Both the position numbers and the translations under genes were made by a program. Below, piece after piece: positions 17,493-25,530 of a stretch of DNA of 28,333 nucleotides. Under the pieces are notes generated by a model. That model ran no database searches. It saw nothing but the letters and a program-made list of their open reading frames with translations, and was not told the origin of the DNA. Origin of the DNA: Promethearchaeota archaeon (GTDB taxonomy: Archaea; Asgardarchaeota; Lokiarchaeia; Sigyniarchaeales; SOKP01); the NCBI GenBank assembly GCA_048938025.1, contig JBHLMP010000049.1:1-28333 (forward strand). Direction: 5' to 3'. Numbering within the stretch: position 1 is the first letter of the stretch; the number at the start of each line of letters is the position of its first letter.

Positions 17493-20400
17493 TTAATTGG
17501 TTTTAGGAATGATGATTTTCTTTTGAATTAAAGATTCCAGGGCATCAATGATTTTATTTTTATTATGTTCATGAACAGATTCAACAACGTAATCTAAAAG
17601 AAATTCACTCTTATTTTTGGCAATCGAATAAATTACATTAAGAACCCTAGTTTCCATGGTGCTTAACTCACTTTCTTTTCTCAGCTTCGCAACTGGTATT
17701 GGTTTATTAATTACAAATGGCTCTTTATAATATAGTTCAATGTAATCTTTTATAATAGGTGGCACTAAATATTCAAATTGATCTAAAGAACCATCCCAGT
17801 TTTCGATATGTTCACTCAATTGTAAAGTTAATCCAAGGGAAAGATGCATTATCTGTTCTTTTAATCTCTCAGATGCTTTTTCCTTAAGAACAAATACAAT
17901 CCGAATATCTTCCTTATCAAATACTAGGCAGTAGAAATATCTGAAATCTAATTCTAAAATTCTTTCTTTCGGCTGCATTTTAGATTCAGATTCTCCAACT
18001 TCAGAATTTAAATCTTTCCCTACAATTTCTTCTCCAATTGTTGTTATTGCTTGAATAAAACCAGAGAATAATTCCTTTTTATGTTTTTCAAGAATTGAAT
18101 AACTCTGTGAGAAAAGGGGAATTCCACTAATTTTATTAATTACAACAATAGTTTGGATATTAGAAAGATCTTTAAATCTTTGAGTTCTTGCTAGTAATTT
18201 AGATTCTTTTTTTCGTTTTCTTGGTACAATAACATATGACCTAAGACTCAAAGCTCCTAATATTCCTATAATAGCAATAGCAGCAAATAGAATTATCAAA
18301 AGTAATATGTTTGGTCCATTATTTTCTGAAGGAGGGTAAATTATATTAAATTGATAAAGTTCTCTTTGTTCTTCATATCCTGGAGCAGAAAAATCAAATT
18401 CCAGCATATAGGTTCCCGGTGTATCGATAAAAGCTGTATTAAATTCAATTTCATAATAACCATCTGAAAGATCGTGAACAGTATAATAACTTGGATTTGA
18501 TATATTAACAGTTACATATGCCCCAGGAATTCCTTCTTCATCAAAATCTGCATAATAATAAAATTTAATGGTGCTATTTGCATTGAGTATAATATGAGAT
18601 TCTGAATCTAATCTTTGTAAGATAGTGTCTTCCCCTAAATTGATACTTAATGTTATGTTACTAATCGTATACCCTGTTTTATTCATTTTAATAACAATAG
18701 AATATAACCCAAGGGTTCCTAAATCTCCTGTGTCAAGAACAGCCTCATAAATTCCAAGTGCAGCTTGAGTCATATATCTAGTTCCCGAACTCCAGTTAAA
18801 TGATACAACTACATCAGATAGTGTTATATTATTTTCAAAATCCCTAACAAAAACTCGTAAAGGGATTATATCTCCAACCGATCCTCCTGTTATTAAATCT
18901 TCTTTTGCATCATCTGGTTTAAGAAGTGTAATATAACTCTCATGGATAACTATGAAATAGGATTTTAATCCACCTAATGAAGTTCCATTATTCCAAAATA
19001 GTGTAAAATTGTAAATACCGCCTGTAGTGTTTACTGATGAAATACTAAATTGAGAAAATATCACAGTTCCATTAGATTCCGGCGCTTTAGTTTCTTCATA
19101 CCAAATATCTCCTTGGGGGTTATATATAGTCAGATTTGCGATAGTTTGATCCAGTCCTGCCGGTATATCATTAGAATAATTTATCTGTGTTTTTATCTTA
19201 CCAAAATCTCCAGAATTAAAATCTATGATATCCCATTGTCCATTTTTAGAAACATAGGTATTTTTATCCAAAATATAGTTTGGCAAGATTGCTCTAACTT
19301 TCCACCAACCGGGATATTTGGCATGTGATTTATTTACTTTAATATAATCATCTCCATAATTACCTCCTTCAAAGGACGTCAATAAGAAAGTTGGATCTAG
19401 AATAGAAATAATTTTCCAATTCGAAGGCTTATCGACAATGAACTCAAACTCGGAATAGAATGATGGCATATAGAAATTGTGATAAAATTCACAAAAAATC
19501 GTTCCATTATTTAAGATAGTATATGAAATCCCTTCTTCATTTTGTTGATTAATTTTTGAAGTTACTTCATGGAATCCATATAAGGTGGTATCTAATTCAA
19601 ACTTTAAGCTAGGTGAGGTTGTATTTACTGTAAGAATTACGGGATTTGTTTCCCAATTTCCATTAAATATAGTGCTAGCTATTCCCCATTCATTTCCTTC
19701 AGTTAAATTTTGTCCATTCAATTCTAGATTAATCCCATTTTGACTTGAGTTTGCTAAAGTTGTAAGCACTAATGAAACATTGTCAAACCAGAAAATTTGT
19801 TGGAACAAATCGTCAAATCCGGAATATGTAACTGAAGCTCCACTCATTATCCCTATAGAGATATTAAAATTTTGATTATTCTGGATGTTTTCAAAAATAT
19901 TTGAAGTATTAATCCATAAATCTAGATATATCTTTCCTGAATGATGCCATGTTTGCCTTCCAGCCTCTACTATATCCCCTAATCCCTTTGAATATATTTT
20001 CTTGTTGTTTATTTCACAATATAGAAAATTTTCATTAGAGTCCATAGCAGATTCTGCATAGTAATCGAAACTTACATAACCATCAATAACACTTCCTCTA
20101 GGTATTGTTATATTTTGGTATATCTCAGAAAAATCATCTTCATAGTAAGTAGCACTCATTGGATAACCCACATCTCTATATGGTTCTCCTAGTAGTGTTA
20201 CATACATAGCTGTATTATTAGCAATCTGTCCAGGTCCGAAATTTTTAGAGCTCGTCCCGTTATTATATCCCCATGAATTTTTATAATCATAATAATTAGT
20301 AGTTTCATTATAAAATTCATAAAAATCGATATCATAACCGTACCATTGTATTGAACCATCTGAATTAATTGTAATTTTTAAAGTATCTGTTGTAATCCAA

Positions 20401-21056
20401 GGTGTGTAATAGTCAGTAGTGCTACCAGTAAAAGCAAATTGGAGATTATTACTCCCATCATAGATGCATAGTAAATCCCAATCGATTTCAATTTCTATTC
20501 TTGAGAAATGTAGGCGGATCGCACTGGCTCCACTTTCGGTTATAGTACTATGAATATTGAAGGGGTTTGTTGGATCGTGATCTAAATTATAACTATAATT
20601 ATGTGGTGGATTTCCAGGTGGATCAATATTTTGAAATGATTGATATTTTCTATATGGTGAATCAAGCTCATAAAAGTCTTTTTCAGCCACCCAATCCCTT
20701 GTATCTTGAATATTGCTCACATTTGCAATAATTTCTGATACTTTCCAACCATGATTATCATCTAAATAATAATTTAAATTGATCTCTTCTTGATTAGTTA
20801 ATGAAACGCTTTGACTATTATTATATAAATTTCCGTAATCTGTGATATTTAAAGGATCTAATTTTCCTTCAATCAAGTTTAAATTATCATCTGAAAGTTT
20901 AAAGACTTGATTAAAAACATTTAAATTATCATTATTATGCTTCTTTATGTTAGGGTTAATTGATAAAAGTAATCCCAGTGTTATTAAAGCTAATAATGAA
21001 ATTTTACCAAGAAATCTGCATTGATTAAAATTTTTTTTCTTTAATTGCCTATACAT
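17493..21056 (-). CDS. Large single-pass membrane protein: signal/anchor, extracellular CUB and beta-sandwich domains, TM helix, cytoplasmic longin-like and winged-helix domains
   Basis: N-terminal basic plus hydrophobic segment. CUB pattern AIRLHFSRIEIE..WDLLCIYDG...FTG...LKITINSDGSIQWYGY (~20310-20610). Many NxS/T sequons. TM ILLLIILFAAIAIIGILGALSL followed by PRKRKK (~18243-18308). Cytoplasmic IVVINKISGIPLF...LFSGFIQAI longin pattern. Terminal IIDALESLIQKKII wHTH. Confidence 0.8.
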   Translation of the reverse strand: MYRQLKKKNFNQCRFLGKISLLALITLGLLLSINPNIKKHNNDNLNVFNQVFKLSDDNLNLIEGKLDPLNITDYGNLYNNSQSVSLTNQEEINLNYYLDDNHGWKVSEIIANVSNIQDTRDWVAEKDFYELDSPYRKYQSFQNIDPPGNPPHNYSYNLDHDPTNPFNIHSTITESGASAIRLHFSRIEIEIDWDLLCIYDGSNNLQFAFTGSTTDYYTPWITTDTLKITINSDGSIQWYGYDIDFYEFYNETTNYYDYKNSWGYNNGTSSKNFGPGQIANNTAMYVTLLGEPYRDVGYPMSATYYEDDFSEIYQNITIPRGSVIDGYVSFDYYAESAMDSNENFLYCEINNKKIYSKGLGDIVEAGRQTWHHSGKIYLDLWINTSNIFENIQNNQNFNISIGIMSGASVTYSGFDDLFQQIFWFDNVSLVLTTLANSSQNGINLELNGQNLTEGNEWGIASTIFNGNWETNPVILTVNTTSPSLKFELDTTLYGFHEVTSKINQQNEEGISYTILNNGTIFCEFYHNFYMPSFYSEFEFIVDKPSNWKIISILDPTFLLTSFEGGNYGDDYIKVNKSHAKYPGWWKVRAILPNYILDKNTYVSKNGQWDIIDFNSGDFGKIKTQINYSNDIPAGLDQTIANLTIYNPQGDIWYEETKAPESNGTVIFSQFSISSVNTTGGIYNFTLFWNNGTSLGGLKSYFIVIHESYITLLKPDDAKEDLITGGSVGDIIPLRVFVRDFENNITLSDVVVSFNWSSGTRYMTQAALGIYEAVLDTGDLGTLGLYSIVIKMNKTGYTISNITLSINLGEDTILQRLDSESHIILNANSTIKFYYYADFDEEGIPGAYVTVNISNPSYYTVHDLSDGYYEIEFNTAFIDTPGTYMLEFDFSAPGYEEQRELYQFNIIYPPSENNGPNILLLIILFAAIAIIGILGALSLRSYVIVPRKRKKESKLLARTQRFKDLSNIQTIVVINKISGIPLFSQSYSILEKHKKELFSGFIQAITTIGEEIVGKDLNSEVGESESKMQPKERILELDFRYFYCLVFDKEDIRIVFVLKEKASERLKEQIMHLSLGLTLQLSEHIENWDGSLDQFEYLVPPIIKDYIELYYKEPFVINKPIPVAKLRKESELSTMETRVLNVIYSIAKNKSEFLLDYVVESVHEHNKNKIIDALESLIQKKIIIPKTN

Positions 21057-21195
21057 AATAAACCCCTGTTATTTAAAGCAGATAAATATAAAAAATACAT
21101 GAAAGAATTTTTTAATAAATTTATGTTTATAGATATTGTATAAACAGATTCAATTTACTGATATATCACTTCTCTTGAAGGGTAAAATTCATTCA

Positions 21196-21513
21196 TTAAT
21201 TAGGGATTTCATCCATAAACTCAGACTTAAGTACTGATAAATAAGATTTTTTATCCTTCTTACTAATGAAATTTGCATTTATACCTCTATTGTTATACAA
21301 ATCTGGAGGTAATTGCTCAAATAAAGATATAATAAGGATTATAGCATTTTGAACAAGTTTCTTATTTTTTGTTCTTTCTAACACTTTCATTAACTCAATA
21401 AAAGATTTGTTTTTCCAAATTTCAATAGAATCCTTGTTGGAGGGTTGGCTCTTAAAGAAATTGATAATTTTTGTATAATATTCTAATTCGAGTTCGTCGT
21501 TAGCAGAAGTCAT
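21196..21513 (-). CDS. Hypothetical protein
   Basis: 105-aa ATG-initiated ORF occupying the gap. No motif recognised. Confidence 0.65.
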   Translation of the reverse strand: MTSANDELELEYYTKIINFFKSQPSNKDSIEIWKNKSFIELMKVLERTKNKKLVQNAIILIISLFEQLPPDLYNNRGINANFISKKDKKSYLSVLKSEFMDEIPN

Positions 21514-21579
21514 CTTTTCTTCTTTAAATCCTTATTTCTAATGATATTAACTTAGTGCTTTGTGCTTATATTTCGAACT

Positions 21580-21621
21580 TTGACTTTTTTTACATATTTT
21601 TTATAATATGATAAAAGTCAA
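21580..21621. repeat. Nested inverted repeat in a divergent intergenic region
   Basis: TTGACTTTT (21580-21588) pairs with AAAAGTCAA (21613-21621). Inside it, CATATT (21593-21598) pairs with AATATG (21605-21610). Confidence 0.45.
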
Positions 21622-21757
21622 GTAATGGATTTTTTGATTTATTTAATTATCCAATATAATATTTAGATATTATATCCCGAGAAAAAGAGATAAGATGTTT
21701 ACTTATCAATATAAAGAGTTGCTATTTTAAAGAAGCTATTACAATAATAATATATTC

Positions 21758-22384
21758 ATGAATGATCTAATAGCCTCAATTGAAGCACTTAAGAGTTCTG
21801 AAATTTCAGAGATAATTAATTCAAGAATCAATGAATTTTCAAATATTAAAAATATGAGTGAAAATTTTATTTTTAGAGAATTGTGTTTCTGTATTATGAC
21901 TGCTAATTGTGGTGCTGAGAAATGTATTGAAATTCATGAAAGAATTGGAGCTAAGTTTAATACTTTAACTGAACTGAAATTAACAGAGAGGTTTAAGGAA
22001 TATGGGTATCGATTCCCTAATATTAGATCAAAATTTATTATAGAAGCTAGGAAATCTAAGGATGAATTAAAAAACAAGATTCAGTTTGAATTAAATAAGA
22101 AAAATTTAAGAGAATGGATTGTAGGTAATATTAAAGGGATTGGCTACAAAGAAGCAAGCCATTTCTTAAGAAATATTGGTTTTACTAATTATGCAATAAT
22201 AGACTTTCATATTATTGATTTATTAGTAGCACATGGATTAATTGAAAAACCAAAAACACTTACTAGAAAAAAATATTTGGAAATTGAAAATATCTTAAAA
22301 AATCTAGCTGATAAACTCAGTCTTAATTTGGCGGAATTAGATCTCTATTTATGGTTTTTAGAAACAGGGAAGATATTAAAGTAG
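21758..22384 (+). CDS. ogg: 8-oxoguanine DNA glycosylase/AP lyase (archaeal OGG2 type)
   Basis: ELCFCIMTAN, GYRFPNIR, HhH IKGIGYKEASHFLRNIG with catalytic Lys, AIIDFHI with catalytic Asp, and LDLYLW..TGKILK ending in Lys. Confidence 0.92.
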   Translation: MNDLIASIEALKSSEISEIINSRINEFSNIKNMSENFIFRELCFCIMTANCGAEKCIEIHERIGAKFNTLTELKLTERFKEYGYRFPNIRSKFIIEARKSKDELKNKIQFELNKKNLREWIVGNIKGIGYKEASHFLRNIGFTNYAIIDFHIIDLLVAHGLIEKPKTLTRKKYLEIENILKNLADKLSLNLAELDLYLWFLETGKILK

Positions 22385-22417
22385 ATCAATACAAAAAGTA
22401 AAACTTTAAAATGTTTG

Positions 22418-22693
22418 TTATAATTTAAATAAATTCTGAAGTGGTAGATCTAAGTCTATTTCTGAACTCTTAATTTTTTTCATAAATTCTTTTGTACCAA
22501 GTTCATTAACCATAAGCTCAATAAAATTTTGATACAATGCTTCAATATTATCTTGCCCCATCTGTAAATAGATATTATTATTAGGTAGAATAATTTTGAA
22601 TAACTCATATAATCCTCGAATGCATTCTTTTATATTTTCAAAATTAACTAATGCCTTTTTTGTTGATTCCAAAATAATGTCCTTACTTTGCAT
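22418..22693 (-). CDS. Small helical hypothetical protein
   Basis: 91-aa ORF with an SD-like GAGGTG on the minus strand (22704-22709). Confidence 0.7.
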   Translation of the reverse strand: MQSKDIILESTKKALVNFENIKECIRGLYELFKIILPNNNIYLQMGQDNIEALYQNFIELMVNELGTKEFMKKIKSSEIDLDLPLQNLFKL

Positions 22694-22906
22694 ATTAAAT
22701 TACCACCTCAAACACCTTAATTAGATGAAAAAGTGTAGATATAAAAATTTCAACATAAATTATAAAGTATGTGATCACAGAACTCTCATACTGTTTATAA
22801 AAAAATAATATATATTCTTATAGTCATTAGTAGGTTTATTTTGCTGAAAAAAGTTATCGTAATTATTTTAATACAGAAAGTCTAGGATATTTTACTAAGA
22901 ATTTAT

Positions 22907-23215
22907 TTAATCTAAACCTAAAAACACTTTAAAAGTCAAATCTTCTTTACCATCATCTACAGCTGTAATTTTATAGTCTATTCCATAGTTATCTCTGATT
23001 TTAGGGGCAGATTGAGTCGCCATAAACTTTTTTCTCACTCCCGCATGACGTCCATGCCAGAGCCAAATTTGTTTATTACTTGGGTCAAGGAATAAAAATA
23101 TAGAATCAGGTCTTAGGACCTTATATAATGGCCCTTCATCTACTTCTAATTTTTGAAAATCTTCTAATTCATCATTAATTTCAAAAACTTGAAAGTGTTT
23201 TTCTAATTCACTCAT
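22907..23215 (-). CDS. Single-domain gelsolin-like protein
   Basis: LRPDSIFLFLDPSNKQIWLWHGRHAGVRKKFMA...ITAVDDGKEDLTF matches the gelsolin repeat pattern L...D.FLLD...IyvW.G......k..A.......v.qG.E...F. Confidence 0.72.
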   Translation of the reverse strand: MSELEKHFQVFEINDELEDFQKLEVDEGPLYKVLRPDSIFLFLDPSNKQIWLWHGRHAGVRKKFMATQSAPKIRDNYGIDYKITAVDDGKEDLTFKVFLGLD

Positions 23216-23392
23216 TCCTTTTTACCAGGGATTTTTTATTTTCTAGTTTAATTCTAGAAAACAAGTAAGAAATTTACTTTTATAAGTTTTACATTTTAAA
23301 ATGATTTTTGTCTAAATCTTTTAATATTTTAAAAAAAGAAATAATAATTGCAATAAAAATTAAATAAAAATCTTAATGAATAGTGAAAATTG

Positions 23393-25528
23393 ATGTCAAA
23401 AACAAAAAACCTTATTGCTATGGCTTTTGATACTGGAGGTACAATGAGTGACTCATTTATAATTGATGATAAAGGTATTTTTGTAGTTGGAAAGGCACAA
23501 ACAACTCCAGAAAATGAATCTGAAGGAATTCTGAACTCTATTCGTGACGCTTTAGATCAATGGAACACCAGAATCGAAGAATCTGGACATTCTGTTGAAG
23601 CTTTAGTCTATTCGGGGACAGCTATGTTAAATCGCCTACTTGAACGCCAAGGAAATAGTAATATTGGTGTTATTACTAATGCTGGTTTTGAAGATTTACA
23701 TAGATTGGGAAGAGCTCTTCAGTGTTGGATATGGCTTGATTATGGTGGACGTTTACATGCTCGAGAACATGAACACCCTGAACCACTTATACCGAAGAAG
23801 CAAATTAAAGGCGTTAGAGGAAGAATTAATTTTTGGGGTGAAGAATTAATACCACTATATAAAGACGATGCTACTAAAGCTGTTGAGGAACTAATCGATA
23901 TGGGTGTCGATAGCATATGTGTATGTTTATTATGTTCTTATATGAATCCTCGTCATGAAAAAATAGTTGCTAGAGTAGCTAAAAAAATTATGAAACAAAA
24001 AGGAAGGGAAATCCCCATCATTTTATCATGTGAACATAATCCAGTTCGAGGCGAAACTCCAAGGCTCAATGCTCTAATTATAGAACAATATGCCGCAGAA
24101 CCTTCAAGGATTCAAATGATTAATATTGCTGAGCGCCTTAAGGAAAATGGAGTATTAGCACCATTAAGAGTATTAACATCCTATGGAGGAACTATTTCTC
24201 CATATCATAAAACACTTATACCCACGATGGTATCAGGACCAATAGGTGGATTAATTGGAACTGAATTTATTGCTAGAAAATATGGGATTAAAAATTTAGT
24301 TTCCTCTGATGTTGGAGGTACAAGTTTTGATGTTGGATTGGTAATGGAAAGATATGTACCTACTAAATGGGAATCTAGTTTAGGTAGATTTATTCTAAAT
24401 ATACCCATGATTGCTTTAGATTCTATAGGAGCCGGAACTGGTATGTATGTTAGATATAATGAGGTTTCAGGGAGACTAGAATTTGGCCCGGAAAGTGCAG
24501 GTTATCTAATTGGAGTATGTAATGAAGAATCTGGAGTCGAGAATGTGACAATGACAGATTGTAGTTTAATATTAGGTTATTTGAATCCAGACTACTTTCT
24601 TGGAGGAAAAGTTCCACTAAATAAAGATCGTGCTTATAAATATATAGAAAAACAATTAGCAGAACCATTCAATGCAGATCCTTATAGTACAGCTAGAGGT
24701 GCTTTAGATTTAATCGAAATCAATATGAAAAACCATCTTAACGGAATGATTCAAGGACTTGGATTTAGACCCGAAAATTATACCCTAATTTCATTTGGTG
24801 GTGGTGGACCTTTACATGTTGCTGGCTATGCTAGAGAATTGAAATTTCAAGATGTTTTAATCCCAGAATGGGCCCCTGCTTTCTCTGCTTTCGGATGTGC
24901 ATGTGCTGATCATGCATACAGACATGAAAAGTCTGTTGATTTGGTTATTCTGCCAGATGGAAGCTTAGATGAAGCAGTTACAATGATGCTTAATGCAACA
25001 TGGGGAGAATTAAAGAAAAATGTTAGTAAAGAATTTGAAAAGGAAGGAAGAAATCCAAATGAAATGAGATTTAAACCCTCTCTCCGGATACAATATTTTG
25101 GAATGTTAGATGATCTAGAAGTGGAACCACCATCAGAAAATATTAAATCCGATGAATTGAAAATCATTTCTAAAAGCTATGATGATTTGTTTGAAAAGAT
25201 ATTTAAAAGAGGCACTAAAAGTCCAGAACTTGGTTATCATATTACCAAGGCTATAGCTACAGGTATAGTTCCTGTTCCAAAACCTCAATTACCTCTTGAA
25301 GAAGTGGGAGATAAAAAGCCACAAGAAACTGCTTTAAAAGGTAATAGAGACATTTTTTGGGACAGTGGATGGCATGAAGCCTCACTTTGGGAGATGAGTT
25401 TATTGAAAGCAGGAAATATTTTAGATGGTCCAGCAGTAATAGAAGCTCCTGCCACAACTTTAGTAGTTCCTCCTAATTTTCGAGTTAAACTTGATAAGCA
25501 TAGAATCTTTCATATGGAGGTGAAATAG
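23393..25528 (+). CDS. acxA: Acetone carboxylase beta subunit (hydantoinase/oxoprolinase A family)
   Basis: DTGGTMSD, VGKAQTTPENES, YSGTAMLNRL, SGPIGG, DVGGTSFDV, FGGGGPLH and FSAFGCACAD. First gene of the beta-alpha-gamma triad. ATG at 23393. Confidence 0.85.
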   Translation: MSKTKNLIAMAFDTGGTMSDSFIIDDKGIFVVGKAQTTPENESEGILNSIRDALDQWNTRIEESGHSVEALVYSGTAMLNRLLERQGNSNIGVITNAGFEDLHRLGRALQCWIWLDYGGRLHAREHEHPEPLIPKKQIKGVRGRINFWGEELIPLYKDDATKAVEELIDMGVDSICVCLLCSYMNPRHEKIVARVAKKIMKQKGREIPIILSCEHNPVRGETPRLNALIIEQYAAEPSRIQMINIAERLKENGVLAPLRVLTSYGGTISPYHKTLIPTMVSGPIGGLIGTEFIARKYGIKNLVSSDVGGTSFDVGLVMERYVPTKWESSLGRFILNIPMIALDSIGAGTGMYVRYNEVSGRLEFGPESAGYLIGVCNEESGVENVTMTDCSLILGYLNPDYFLGGKVPLNKDRAYKYIEKQLAEPFNADPYSTARGALDLIEINMKNHLNGMIQGLGFRPENYTLISFGGGGPLHVAGYARELKFQDVLIPEWAPAFSAFGCACADHAYRHEKSVDLVILPDGSLDEAVTMMLNATWGELKKNVSKEFEKEGRNPNEMRFKPSLRIQYFGMLDDLEVEPPSENIKSDELKIISKSYDDLFEKIFKRGTKSPELGYHITKAIATGIVPVPKPQLPLEEVGDKKPQETALKGNRDIFWDSGWHEASLWEMSLLKAGNILDGPAVIEAPATTLVVPPNFRVKLDKHRIFHMEVK
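25516..25523 (+). promoter_or_regulatory. Shine-Dalgarno GGAGGTGA for acxB, inside the 3' end of acxA
   Basis: Strong SD consensus ending 7 nt upstream of GTG 25531. Confidence 0.75.
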
Positions 25529-25530
25529 AA

